Source: an uncultured Methanosarcinales archaeon
Lineage (GTDB): Archaea; Nanobdellota; Nanobdellia; Woesearchaeales; UBA11576
Length of the DNA stretch: 64,000 nt
Direction: 5' to 3'
Assembly: GCA_964406185.1 (NCBI GenBank)
Contig: CAYOQS010000003.1
Coordinates: 114,459 to 178,458 of the forward strand
This document shows positions 44,539-53,350 of the stretch, one piece after another. Below the pieces are notes generated by a model. The model had not been told where the DNA came from. It saw nothing but the letters and a program-made list of their open reading frames with translations, and did not search any database. Made by a program: the position numbers and the translations under genes. Each line of letters opens with the position of its first letter. Positions within the stretch are counted from its first letter, which is position 1.

Positions 44539-45267
44539 ATGGCCCAAAATGAAGAATACCAGTTCAAGAAGCTGAATGACCTTCTATGCACCTCATTCAA
44601 CAACATAAAATACGATGTGAGGGATATAAACGGCAGAATAGAGAATCTGAAGCATAATTTCGCCTCATTCTCCACAGACAGCATCAAAACGGCTTTTGAA
44701 GCCCAGACAAGACTTATACAAGAGCAACAGCAGGCCATAAACCAGCTGAGCGAGAGACTCACAGAGATCGAGAAAAGACCAGAACCATCAGTCAAGCAGC
44801 CAGCACCAGTCGTAGTGCAGAAAGGCATGACAATGGAAGACCTCAGAAAGCTGGCAAGAACAGAGAAAGCAAGCAAGAAAAAAGACAAAGCGTCTGTATA
44901 CGACATCCCGGAAGGGGAAGTCAGGATCACAAAAACACGGTTCAAGGCAAAGACAAAAGCCAAAGGGAACAGAAAACTGAACGACGAATGGGTCGAGATC
45001 ACCGGATACGGGACCGACCTCAGCGGATTCAAGCTGCATGACAAAGGAAGGAAACACACATTCAAGTTCCCGGAAGGATTCAAGATCTACGGACCTGTAA
45101 AGGTCTTCACAGGAAAGGGCAGGAACACGAACACAAAATTATACTGGGGGAGATCAAGACCTGTATGGAACGATACAGGAGACGTGGCGTCACTCAGGAA
45201 CAAGCGCAACAGGATAGTCAGCCAGGTCCTGAGCGAGCCAACATATTCTTTCAAGACCATAAAGTGA
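44539..45267 (+). CDS. coiled-coil protein with C-terminal lamin-tail domain (LTD)
   Basis: NDEWVEITGYGTDLSGFKLHDKGRKHTFKFPEGFKIYGPVKVFTGKG..VWNDTGDVASLRN matches the LTD pattern. TATA GATTTAAATAG lies 27 nt before the ATG. Confidence 0.7.
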   Translation: MAQNEEYQFKKLNDLLCTSFNNIKYDVRDINGRIENLKHNFASFSTDSIKTAFEAQTRLIQEQQQAINQLSERLTEIEKRPEPSVKQPAPVVVQKGMTMEDLRKLARTEKASKKKDKASVYDIPEGEVRITKTRFKAKTKAKGNRKLNDEWVEITGYGTDLSGFKLHDKGRKHTFKFPEGFKIYGPVKVFTGKGRNTNTKLYWGRSRPVWNDTGDVASLRNKRNRIVSQVLSEPTYSFKTIK

Positions 45268-45337
45268 TACACGGAAAGGTCATCCACGAATCGGGACGAC
45301 AAAAACAACTTAAATATTACTGCACCAATTTCTGCGC

Positions 45338-46651
45338 ATGAACGACAGGTTCGAATGCGCAAAGCCAGGAATGAGATTCGAGAAGACAGTGCTGGGGTAT
45401 CCCGGACTCGAAGCACAGGTAGAGATAATCGAAAGGCAGGGAGAATTCCCTGACGAGTCAGACACGCTCATAAAGGCCGGGCAGGTCCACTACATACTCC
45501 GCGAAGTGGTCGGCGAAGGCGGAATGGCCGTCGTCAGGAAGGCCGAGAGGATATTCACAGGAAAAGAAGAGACAGAAGCGGACGACATCCCCGGCACGGT
45601 CGCGGTTAAAAGATCATTCTGCCTCGACGAAAAACTCGAAGAGGCAATAGTCAAGGAAGCGAAGATAAACCTGGGGATATTCCACCAGCAGGTCCTCACA
45701 CCTCTGCACTTCGGATACCATAACGGAGGATACACAATAGTCATGCCATTCGTGCACTCAGACCTTGAGAAGATAATGGGCATGCACAACTTCACACCGA
45801 ACAAGGACACACCACCACAATTCTGGGACGATGACCGGTACCTCCTGCACTACAGCGGTCCTGACATGACCGGCCCTGAAAGGATAAAACGCGTACCCGA
45901 CAAGTTTGTGGGGTACTTCATCTACATGGTAGCCCGGACACTCGCGCCCCTCCACAAAGAGATGGGAATAGTCCACAGGGACATATCAGCCAACAACATA
46001 CTCGTCGAGCCCAGCACTGGAGCAATATACCTCGCAGACTTCGGAGTAGCGAAGCAGAAAGGAGAGAAGAACGTCATAATGGCAGGCAAACTCCAGTACA
46101 TATCACCCGAAGGGCTCATGACACCGCACGAGGCAGACCAGCGATCAGACCTCTACTCCCTCGGCGTAGTCGCGTACAAGATGCTCACAGGACTCGGCCC
46201 GAACGACGTGTTCACAGAGCCGGATAAAGCCACAAGCAACCAGCAGAGGATATGGCACAACATACACCAGCTCATGAAACTCTACGAGAGACAGGTACTG
46301 CCGCCGCACATACTCAACCCTGAAGTTGACAAGAAACTTTCAGGCATGGTGTGCAGGCTGCTCGCGACAGACCCTAACGACAGATACCAGTCAGCATCAG
46401 AATTCGCCAGGGACATAAAAGACAACTACCTGCATCGCGGGCCAGGGCCGACACCAGAAGGTCTCGCAGCATACCTGAAGATAGTCATGCACGGGTGGGA
46501 AAGCATGGACGATCAGGAGTTCAGTGAAGCGATAGACGAGCTCCAGTTCCTCCCGAAAAAGAAAGGCATGCCCAAGGTGTACCAGCACTTCGCGCTTACA
46601 GGTGAGACAAGGATGAGACTCGCAGACAAGGACAACCCGTCGAGAGTCTGA
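45338..46651 (+). CDS. Hanks-type serine/threonine protein kinase
   Basis: VAVKR (VAIK-like), HRDISANNILV, DFGVA, YISPE. Helical C-terminal domain. Confidence 0.8.
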   Translation: MNDRFECAKPGMRFEKTVLGYPGLEAQVEIIERQGEFPDESDTLIKAGQVHYILREVVGEGGMAVVRKAERIFTGKEETEADDIPGTVAVKRSFCLDEKLEEAIVKEAKINLGIFHQQVLTPLHFGYHNGGYTIVMPFVHSDLEKIMGMHNFTPNKDTPPQFWDDDRYLLHYSGPDMTGPERIKRVPDKFVGYFIYMVARTLAPLHKEMGIVHRDISANNILVEPSTGAIYLADFGVAKQKGEKNVIMAGKLQYISPEGLMTPHEADQRSDLYSLGVVAYKMLTGLGPNDVFTEPDKATSNQQRIWHNIHQLMKLYERQVLPPHILNPEVDKKLSGMVCRLLATDPNDRYQSASEFARDIKDNYLHRGPGPTPEGLAAYLKIVMHGWESMDDQEFSEAIDELQFLPKKKGMPKVYQHFALTGETRMRLADKDNPSRV

Positions 46652-46717
46652 ACCGCAGAAATAAAAATCCCAACCGCCCAAATGGGAGGGGCATTTACAA
46701 CAAATAATGCTATCCCG

Positions 46718-47746
46718 TCATAATATCTTGAAATCGACACATATCCTATAAGTCCTGGGAGCGTGCTGGCCGCATCTGATTGTTCTTAGAATCCTGCATC
46801 TCTTCTTGTTGCGCTTGCAAGCAGATCTTATCGTGTCTTTTGCCTCGTCGAACTTGCCAATTTCTTTGAAATCGTAAAAATGAATAATAGTGCCTTTTTT
46901 TGCTGCGGCTAACGCCGAATCCAGAAAATCTTCAGCAGATTTAGGGAGAGGCATAAGTATGCGGTTGAATTTTGTCTTGGTCAGTTCTGCGGCATGCCTT
47001 GCATCAGCGTTTATCAGAGTGACATTATCCAGCCTGTTGAGCTTCACGTTCTCGACTCCGTAGTCATGGCCCACAGGGTTCAGCTCAATACCGACAACCT
47101 CTTCGGCTTCTGTGTTCCTAGCGATCACGCACGGATAAGGGGCGCAACCTGAAAACATGACCAGGACCTTCTCGTCTTTCCTGACCTGCGCGGCGATACG
47201 CTTGCGCTCTGCAGAAAGTCGTGGGGAGAAGTATACCTTCCCGACATGAAGCCTAAGCCTTACGCCATGCTCCTTGTGGACAGTCTCCTTTGTCCTCTCA
47301 CCAGCAATGTGCTTCACAGGCTGGATGCGGAACTCAGTGCCATGGATATCAGCCTTCTTCACAACAGTCTTCACGTTCTTCTGCAGCTCCAGGATAGTCT
47401 CTGCTATGAACCGCTCTTTCTTCCTGAGTTCAGGAGGTATCTCAACTATAGCTATCGTGCCCACAACATCATATGCCCTCCTCAAGTGTTCAATCTCCTC
47501 CTTCGTGAGCTTTTCCGTAACAAGGGATCTCACAGTCTTCTTTTTCCTTGCCTTCGGCAGGGACTTCAAGTCTGTAAACTCTGCAGACGGAAATCTCTTC
47601 TTAATCCCGGACTTTTTGGTGATCGGAAAGAAGATATGCGTCCCAGTCCTCTTCAGGCGGTAATCAGTATCGAAAAGGCCTTGCTCTGTAATGAACCCCT
47701 TCACCTTCTCAGCTTGCTTCAGAAGGACCTTTACGCAAAGAACCAT
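46718..47746 (-). CDS. Trm5/Taw2 (Met-10+) family tRNA methyltransferase/wyosine-pathway enzyme
   Basis: VLVMFSGCAPYPCVIARN and VVGIELNP SAM-fold motifs; N-terminal D1-like domain. Confidence 0.7.
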   Translation of the reverse strand: MVLCVKVLLKQAEKVKGFITEQGLFDTDYRLKRTGTHIFFPITKKSGIKKRFPSAEFTDLKSLPKARKKKTVRSLVTEKLTKEEIEHLRRAYDVVGTIAIVEIPPELRKKERFIAETILELQKNVKTVVKKADIHGTEFRIQPVKHIAGERTKETVHKEHGVRLRLHVGKVYFSPRLSAERKRIAAQVRKDEKVLVMFSGCAPYPCVIARNTEAEEVVGIELNPVGHDYGVENVKLNRLDNVTLINADARHAAELTKTKFNRILMPLPKSAEDFLDSALAAAKKGTIIHFYDFKEIGKFDEAKDTIRSACKRNKKRCRILRTIRCGQHAPRTYRICVDFKIL

Positions 47747-47755
47747 ACTTTCACC

Positions 47756-48625
47756 TCACAATACCACAAGCACCACACCTGCTATCATCACCACACAAGC
47801 AGCGATCCTGTGCAGAAGGTTGTGGTCGTGAAAAATCCTGCCACCTATTATCGTCGCGACAAGAGTGCTAGTCCTCTTGACAGGAATTATCAGGGCGATC
47901 ATCGCACCAGGGATCGCGACAGCCATGTAATAGAACACGTCCGAGAAAAGCATCAGCAAAGCCACGATGAATATCAAGTGCTTCCCATTCACGAAAGCAT
48001 GCTTGATGTCCTTCAGCCCATCATACTTCAGGAACTGGATCAACACGTAATGGACAGTAAGAATCAGGAAAGTGAAAGACAGGAAAGTGTAAGGCTCAAC
48101 CTCCTTCAATATGATCTTGTCAAGCACTGCGCAAAATGAATAGAAGAAAATAGCTACGAGCATGAAAACAGAATGCTTCTTCTGGAACACCTTCCACGGC
48201 CTGATAAGACTGCTGAAATGATGGTCTGCCTGAAGCCAATACGCACCGAGCACAAGAAGAGCGACGCCCCCATACTGCATGAGTGAAGGCACCTCATGAA
48301 GAATGAAAAAGCTCAGCACGAGAAGGAATACGGGAGTAAGGTTCGTCAGAGGGGTCACCAACGATATCTCAAGATGCTTCAGAGCCTTCGAACCCAGCAA
48401 CCAGCCTACCGTCAAGGACAAAGACTTCAGATACATCAGGAACCACATCATCGCAGAGTAGCCGAAGACCATCTTAGGAAGGAAAAACAGGCTGAACAGG
48501 AAAGCAACAGAACAGGTCGCGGTAAGGTACTCCGCAGTATGCTCAAAAAGAAGTATCTTCTTGGCAACAACCTGCCTCGTGCCGAAAAACAACGCCGCAA
48601 ACAAAGTCCATATCAGCCATTCCAT
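47756..48625 (-). CDS. EamA/DMT-family transporter (10 TM)
   Basis: Two EamA-like halves. ATG 48625 lies directly after the fen stop at 48627. Confidence 0.65.
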   Translation of the reverse strand: MEWLIWTLFAALFFGTRQVVAKKILLFEHTAEYLTATCSVAFLFSLFFLPKMVFGYSAMMWFLMYLKSLSLTVGWLLGSKALKHLEISLVTPLTNLTPVFLLVLSFFILHEVPSLMQYGGVALLVLGAYWLQADHHFSSLIRPWKVFQKKHSVFMLVAIFFYSFCAVLDKIILKEVEPYTFLSFTFLILTVHYVLIQFLKYDGLKDIKHAFVNGKHLIFIVALLMLFSDVFYYMAVAIPGAMIALIIPVKRTSTLVATIIGGRIFHDHNLLHRIAACVVMIAGVVLVVL

Positions 48626-48626
48626 C

Positions 48627-49661
48627 TTACACAAACTCCCCCAGACCTTTCTGCGAAAGCTCGGACTGAGCCTTGTCAAGCTTATCAAGAGTATCATTGA
48701 CCCTCTGAAGGCTGAAACCATGCCTGTCACAGAGAACCTCAACTATCCTCTTACGGTCAGGAGACTTCCAGTCAAGAGAATAACCCTCATCCACAGGCAT
48801 CTCCCTGAAAAGACGCATGACCTCCTTCCAGCTATAATCGAAAAAATCATCCCATCCTGCCTCCTTGAAAAGGGCAGTGAAATCATCACCATGCTTCTTC
48901 ACCAGATCCAAAGCCTTCTTCGGACCTATACCCTTTACCCCACCAACATTATAGTCAGTACCCACCAGCATGCCAAGCACGATGAGTTGGTCGCGAGTAA
49001 TACCCATATGCTTGAGGTTCGGCTCAAGCTCTATCATCCTCGGACTGACGCGTTCATAAGACAGCCTGTCCTTCCTCTTCTTACGCTCAGAGATGGTAAG
49101 GTTCTGCACCATCCTCGGCACTCCGAAAAGAAGACAGTCATAATCCTGGCTTACCTCAGCAAACACCTCACCCTTCTTCACCATAAGAGCTGCCTGAGCC
49201 TCACCCTCAGAAGGGGCAAACACAACAGGAACACCCATAGCGTCAAGAAGATCAGCCGCCTCGTCAATCATGTCCCTGGTCAGGCGGGAAGTGCGCATGC
49301 TGAACTTCTTCATCCTGGCTGCATCACCTTCCTTCTTGGCCTGCTCATACTTCTCCCTGGCCTTCGCCTTGAGACCCGCGCGGCGCTCAGACTCCGCCCG
49401 CTTCAGCTCAGGAGGCTTACCGTCAAAAACAAAAACCAGCCTTATGCCATAATGCATCAGCTTGGCAGTACGATGGAACAGACCGGTAAGATGAGAAGTC
49501 ACGTTGCCATCAGAATCCATAAGAGGTGTGCCGTCAGGCTGGCGTACCGTAGAAAGGAACTGGTAAAGGATGTTGTTACCGTCCACGACAATCCTCTTAC
49601 CCTTAAGTTCAGGTATAGAAATGTCATCCTTCAGCAAAATGTCCTTTAAGTTCACACCCAT
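48627..49661 (-). CDS. fen: flap endonuclease 1 (FEN-1)
   Basis: MGVNLKDIL..GKRIVVDGNNILYQFL, XPG-I block SEGEAQAA, H3TH, C-terminal PIP-like QKGLGEFV. Confidence 0.9.
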   Translation of the reverse strand: MGVNLKDILLKDDISIPELKGKRIVVDGNNILYQFLSTVRQPDGTPLMDSDGNVTSHLTGLFHRTAKLMHYGIRLVFVFDGKPPELKRAESERRAGLKAKAREKYEQAKKEGDAARMKKFSMRTSRLTRDMIDEAADLLDAMGVPVVFAPSEGEAQAALMVKKGEVFAEVSQDYDCLLFGVPRMVQNLTISERKKRKDRLSYERVSPRMIELEPNLKHMGITRDQLIVLGMLVGTDYNVGGVKGIGPKKALDLVKKHGDDFTALFKEAGWDDFFDYSWKEVMRLFREMPVDEGYSLDWKSPDRKRIVEVLCDRHGFSLQRVNDTLDKLDKAQSELSQKGLGEFV

Positions 49662-49722
49662 AAAACAAAAACACCTCTTTTCAACATCGTCCAGACTGCC
49701 GGAAAGCAGGGAAAATCAAATA

Positions 49723-50799
49723 TCATATCCTCTTAACAAACATGTTCCGGAACTCCTTATCCAGAAGCTCCTCCGCCTTCCTGGTCAGCTCACCCACTGT
49801 CAGCAACAGTATAGGAAGCTTCTTCATCTGACCATGCACGAAAGCAGTAGACACATCACCATCATTAAGCTTTGACTTGGACCTCGCCTTACAGTAATAA
49901 TTAAGAGAGCCCACATTGCTTGGCAACTTCACCACAAAATCATACTCAACCCCTGTGCGTACGTTCTCAAACTCCACGATCTCTATACCAGAACTCTCAA
50001 AGAAGTGCCTGATCTTCTGGAAGAACTCATCATCCTCAGGAAACTCAGGCTCAGCAGGCTCAGGCTCCTGCGGGGGCTGGGCCTTCTCAAGACGCACCCT
50101 GGCATCAGTATCAATCTCAGTAGAAAAAGACACAGAAGTCTGGTACGCGAACTCAGGGACTTCACCATCCTCAAGAGGGGTCATCTTCACAGAAGTCACA
50201 GGCTTCTGGGGCTCAACACCTTCAAGGGGCGCGTCAACCTCCCTGACAAGCTCCTCTTCAGGAGCTGGCGGCTCAGGAGCAGGCCTGTCAACATCGCTGA
50301 TCGTGGCCTGCACCTCCTTTTCCGATGCACCTTTGCCCCCGGCAGAATCGCCAGCCATCCTGTTGATATACTCCTTGATAAGAGACTCAGCATCACCATC
50401 GCCCACCAAGAAATACTTCCAGAAAAGGTCAGAAGAGCCGTTCGCATTCACCTCAAGAGGAACTGCAAAATCCTTGATCTCCCTCAAGGAGACGCGCACC
50501 TGCGGGTCAAGGTCGCGGTCCCTCAACACACCCTTATCCTTCAGGAGATGAAAAGCCTTGCGATCCGCATCACCAAGCTTCTCAGCAAATCCTTCCAACG
50601 ACTTCTCCTGCCCATCACAATAATATAGAGGCGAGCCGCCCACCTTCATCGAACTTATCCTGAGCTTCTTCTGGTCAACCATCTCAGAGAGCATAGCAGA
50701 AGCGAAAAGCACATTGGTCCTGAGCTCCTTGTTGATCTGCGAAGGAAGAAGAGGCCCCTTATCCTGCACTATCTTAAGAAGGTTCTCACGGTGGTCCAT
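49723..50799 (-). CDS. winged-helix protein with acidic linker and C-terminal Mrr-like (PD-(D/E)xK) nuclease-fold domain
   Basis: N-terminal wH (KVGGSPLYY), E/P-rich linker, C-terminal VEYDFVVKL..YYCKARSK..DVSTAFVHGQ. Confidence 0.45.
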   Translation of the reverse strand: MDHRENLLKIVQDKGPLLPSQINKELRTNVLFASAMLSEMVDQKKLRISSMKVGGSPLYYCDGQEKSLEGFAEKLGDADRKAFHLLKDKGVLRDRDLDPQVRVSLREIKDFAVPLEVNANGSSDLFWKYFLVGDGDAESLIKEYINRMAGDSAGGKGASEKEVQATISDVDRPAPEPPAPEEELVREVDAPLEGVEPQKPVTSVKMTPLEDGEVPEFAYQTSVSFSTEIDTDARVRLEKAQPPQEPEPAEPEFPEDDEFFQKIRHFFESSGIEIVEFENVRTGVEYDFVVKLPSNVGSLNYYCKARSKSKLNDGDVSTAFVHGQMKKLPILLLTVGELTRKAEELLDKEFRNMFVKRI

Positions 50800-50856
50800 A
50801 GCCTTAGAATAAATGAGAATCGTATATAAAGTTTGTTGTGTTTAAAAACCGATGCC

Positions 50857-51471
50857 TCAAGGCCTGACCCAACGGATCTCATAATAAGTCACGTCACCCT
50901 CATCGTCGACGACGCCGATAAGAAGGCGCTTCTTTGTAGAATGGGCGACGCGGTTCTTCGCGGAAAAATCATACCATGTTATCTGCTCACCCTCATGTAC
51001 AGGATACACTATCCACCTCGCGTGGTCCTCACCAGGCTTGACTCCCCTGTCATAAACACGGAAGTCAGCACCAAATTTCAGAGCGGTCTTGACAATATAA
51101 CCGCGGTTGCGCATGTCCTTGAACACACAATACCTGATCCAGAAATTAGGCTCGACCTTCCTCGCCCGTCTTATAAAAGAATCGAAATCAAGGCTCTTAC
51201 CCCTACCGTCCTTCAGGTCAAGCCTCCCCTTCTCAAACAGGAAAAGAGCCTCAAGAAGAGAGAGCTGGACCTTACCATCATCAAGCACATTGCCATACCT
51301 GCTCTGGTTATAGAGCTCCCTAGCATCATCACTTGACTCAGCCAATACACGCTCGCGAGCAAACACAGCAGAAACAACAGCTTTAGGCCTCGCAGGCTCT
51401 GCAGCCTTCTCAGCCTTTGCAGCCGCTCTTGCGGTCTCTGCAGGCGCCCCGGTCTTCTTCTTCCCAGGCAT
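50857..51471 (-). CDS. endA: tRNA-splicing endonuclease EndA (single catalytic-type subunit, about 204 aa, Lys/Ala-rich N-terminal tail)
   Basis: GYIVKTALKFGADFRVYD..HARWIVYPV..AHSTKKRLLIGVVDDEGDVTYYEI. ATG 51471 lies 26 nt from TATA 51492-51501. Confidence 0.85.
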   Translation of the reverse strand: MPGKKKTGAPAETARAAAKAEKAAEPARPKAVVSAVFARERVLAESSDDARELYNQSRYGNVLDDGKVQLSLLEALFLFEKGRLDLKDGRGKSLDFDSFIRRARKVEPNFWIRYCVFKDMRNRGYIVKTALKFGADFRVYDRGVKPGEDHARWIVYPVHEGEQITWYDFSAKNRVAHSTKKRLLIGVVDDEGDVTYYEIRWVRP

Positions 51472-51561
51472 ATCCTGCAGGGATGAGAGATGATTTATAA
51501 ATGTTGCCTCGCGCCGCAATGGCACAACATATTTAAAAAGACAGAAACCAACCAGGCAATC

Positions 51562-52470
51562 ATGATCGAAATAACATTTTTAGGCACGTCAGCCATGGTG
51601 CCAACAAAAGAAAGGAACGTGACAGGCATATTCCTCAGCTACAATAACGAAGGGATACTCCTTGACTGCGGAGAGGGCACGCAGAGGCAGATGAACATCG
51701 CAGGCATAAACAGGAACCGCGTCAAAAGGATACTTGTCAGCCACTGGCACGGAGACCACGTATCAGGAATAGTCGGACTGCTGCAGACCATGGCAAACAA
51801 GGAGAACAACCCCACAGTACACATATACGGACCGAAAGGCACAGAAGAGCACGTCAAACACATGCTCAAGATGGTCATATTTGACGTGCAGATAGAGATA
51901 AAGGTGCACGAACTATTACCGAAAAAAGACGAGATGCTCAAAGCAGAAGAGACAGAAGACTACCTCATAGAATGCGCGGCGCTTGACCACAAGATACCCT
52001 GCATAGGATACAGCTTCACAGAGAAAGACCGGCTCAACATAGATACTGCAAAACAGAAGAAGCTCGGAGTGCGGGACGGCCCCCACCTCAGAAAGATCAA
52101 GGAAGGAAAGACGATCAAATACAAAGGAAACGAGATAAAACCAGAAGACATGACATACCTGGTCGAAGGGAAGAAAATCACTTACGTCGCGGACACCTCC
52201 AAATGCAAGGCGTGCATAATGCTTGCGGAAAACGCGGACCTGCTCATATCAGAATCAGTATACGCAGCAGACATGCAGGACAAGGCAGAACAGTACAAGC
52301 ACCTGACAGCAGCAGACGCTGCGACGATCGCCAGCCAAGCAGACGCGAAGAAGCTCATCCTGACACACTTCTCACAAAGGTACAAGACAGTCGAACAGAT
52401 AGAAGAAGACGCCAAGACCATATTCCCGGATACCAGATGCGCGTTCGACCTCATGAAAGTCAAAGTATGA
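51562..52470 (+). CDS. rnz: ribonuclease Z (tRNA 3' endonuclease)
   Basis: MIEITFLGTSAMVPTKERN and HWHGDH metallo-beta-lactamase motif. ATG 51562 lies 27 nt from TATA 51531-51538. Confidence 0.85.
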   Translation: MIEITFLGTSAMVPTKERNVTGIFLSYNNEGILLDCGEGTQRQMNIAGINRNRVKRILVSHWHGDHVSGIVGLLQTMANKENNPTVHIYGPKGTEEHVKHMLKMVIFDVQIEIKVHELLPKKDEMLKAEETEDYLIECAALDHKIPCIGYSFTEKDRLNIDTAKQKKLGVRDGPHLRKIKEGKTIKYKGNEIKPEDMTYLVEGKKITYVADTSKCKACIMLAENADLLISESVYAADMQDKAEQYKHLTAADAATIASQADAKKLILTHFSQRYKTVEQIEEDAKTIFPDTRCAFDLMKVKV

Positions 52471-52534
52471 CATAAATTCATTCTTGATTGATGATAAACA
52501 ATCTTTAAATAGGAATATCAAAATCACATAATCC

Positions 52535-52684
52535 ATGGCACCCCCGAGCTGGAACAGGCAGGAAAAAAACGAAGAGGAACTCTTCGAGGACAAGGTCAGA
52601 CAGCTCATGTACAAACGCAGGATAACATACCAGGAAGCCGCCCAGCTGGTCAAGAACGGCCAGAAAAGCATATTCGAATTCTGA
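52535..52684 (+). CDS. small hypothetical protein (49 aa)
   Basis: ATG lies about 27 nt after CTTTAAATAG (52503-52512). Product MAPPSWNRQEKNEEELFEDKVRQLMYKRRITYQEAAQLVKNGQKSIFEF. Confidence 0.4.
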   Translation: MAPPSWNRQEKNEEELFEDKVRQLMYKRRITYQEAAQLVKNGQKSIFEF

Positions 52685-52749
52685 AACTGACAATAGATTA
52701 TGAGCAGAACAGCACAAGGTATATAATCATCTGCGGCTTTTATCTTTGC

Positions 52750-53139
52750 ATGTCAAGGAAATCAAAAGGAATAAACGCAGAAAGGGAACTAATACACCTG
52801 TTCTGGCAGAACGGCTGGAGTGCGTGCAGGATAGCAGGAAGCGGCTCCACAAAATACCCGAGCCCGGACGTCATAGCAGGCAACAACGTAAGGAAAATCG
52901 CCATAGAATGCAAATCAACAAAAGATATCAGACAGTACTTCACCAAGAAAGAGATAGAAGAGCTCAAGGAATTCTCAAGAGTGTTCGGGGCGGAGCCATG
53001 GGTAGGGGTCAAGTTCAACAATGTCGACTGGTACTTCCTTACACTGGAAGACCTTGCCAACAACGGAGAAGGATACTCCACCAACATACCCTGCGCGAAG
53101 ACAAAAGGGTTCAGCTTCACAGAACTCGTCAGGCAGTAG
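52750..53139 (+). CDS. hjc: Holliday junction resolvase Hjc
   Basis: GINAERELIHLFWQNGWSACRIAGSG..PDVIAGN..IAIECKST (E-x-K nuclease core). Confidence 0.9.
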   Translation: MSRKSKGINAERELIHLFWQNGWSACRIAGSGSTKYPSPDVIAGNNVRKIAIECKSTKDIRQYFTKKEIEELKEFSRVFGAEPWVGVKFNNVDWYFLTLEDLANNGEGYSTNIPCAKTKGFSFTELVRQ

Positions 53140-53181
53140 ATAAAAGAGACGCGAAGAAAGATGGTGGCGGCGATGCAATAT

Positions 53182-53350
53182 GGCTGCAGCAGCCACGCTG
53201 CTATCGATTAAGTGGACATGCTAATCATTGTTGATCTCAACCGTGCTTGCAGAGCTTGCGCAATGACTAAAGCTGATGGTGAAAGTGCAGCCAATTCTCA
53301 CTGTGTTATGTTGGGACACGCACCGAGCGGCGGCTGCAGCCACGCTGCTA
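53182..53350. repeat. conserved intergenic element, copy B, bounded by a 19/22-nt direct repeat
   Basis: GGCTGCAG(CAG)CCACGCTGCTA at 53182-53203 and GGCTGCAGCCACGCTGCTA at 53332-53350. Internal blocks are shared with 13946-14100. The right repeat contains the stop codon of the K+ channel gene. Confidence 0.75.

Noticed and set aside
48561-49649. 362-aa plus-strand ORF antisense to FEN-1. The same applies to 47246-48139, 28737-29462, 19979-20698, 37697-38404, 10981-11673 and 12959-13369.
   Set aside because: These are long antisense shadow ORFs opposite strongly supported genes. Their composition is biased (Leu/Arg/Ser/His) and they have no motifs.
53182-53350. Diversity-generating retroelement template/variable repeat pair (with 13946-14100)
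   Set aside because: No reverse transcriptase is in the window. Both copies are non-coding, they differ by indels, and the substitutions are not adenine-specific.
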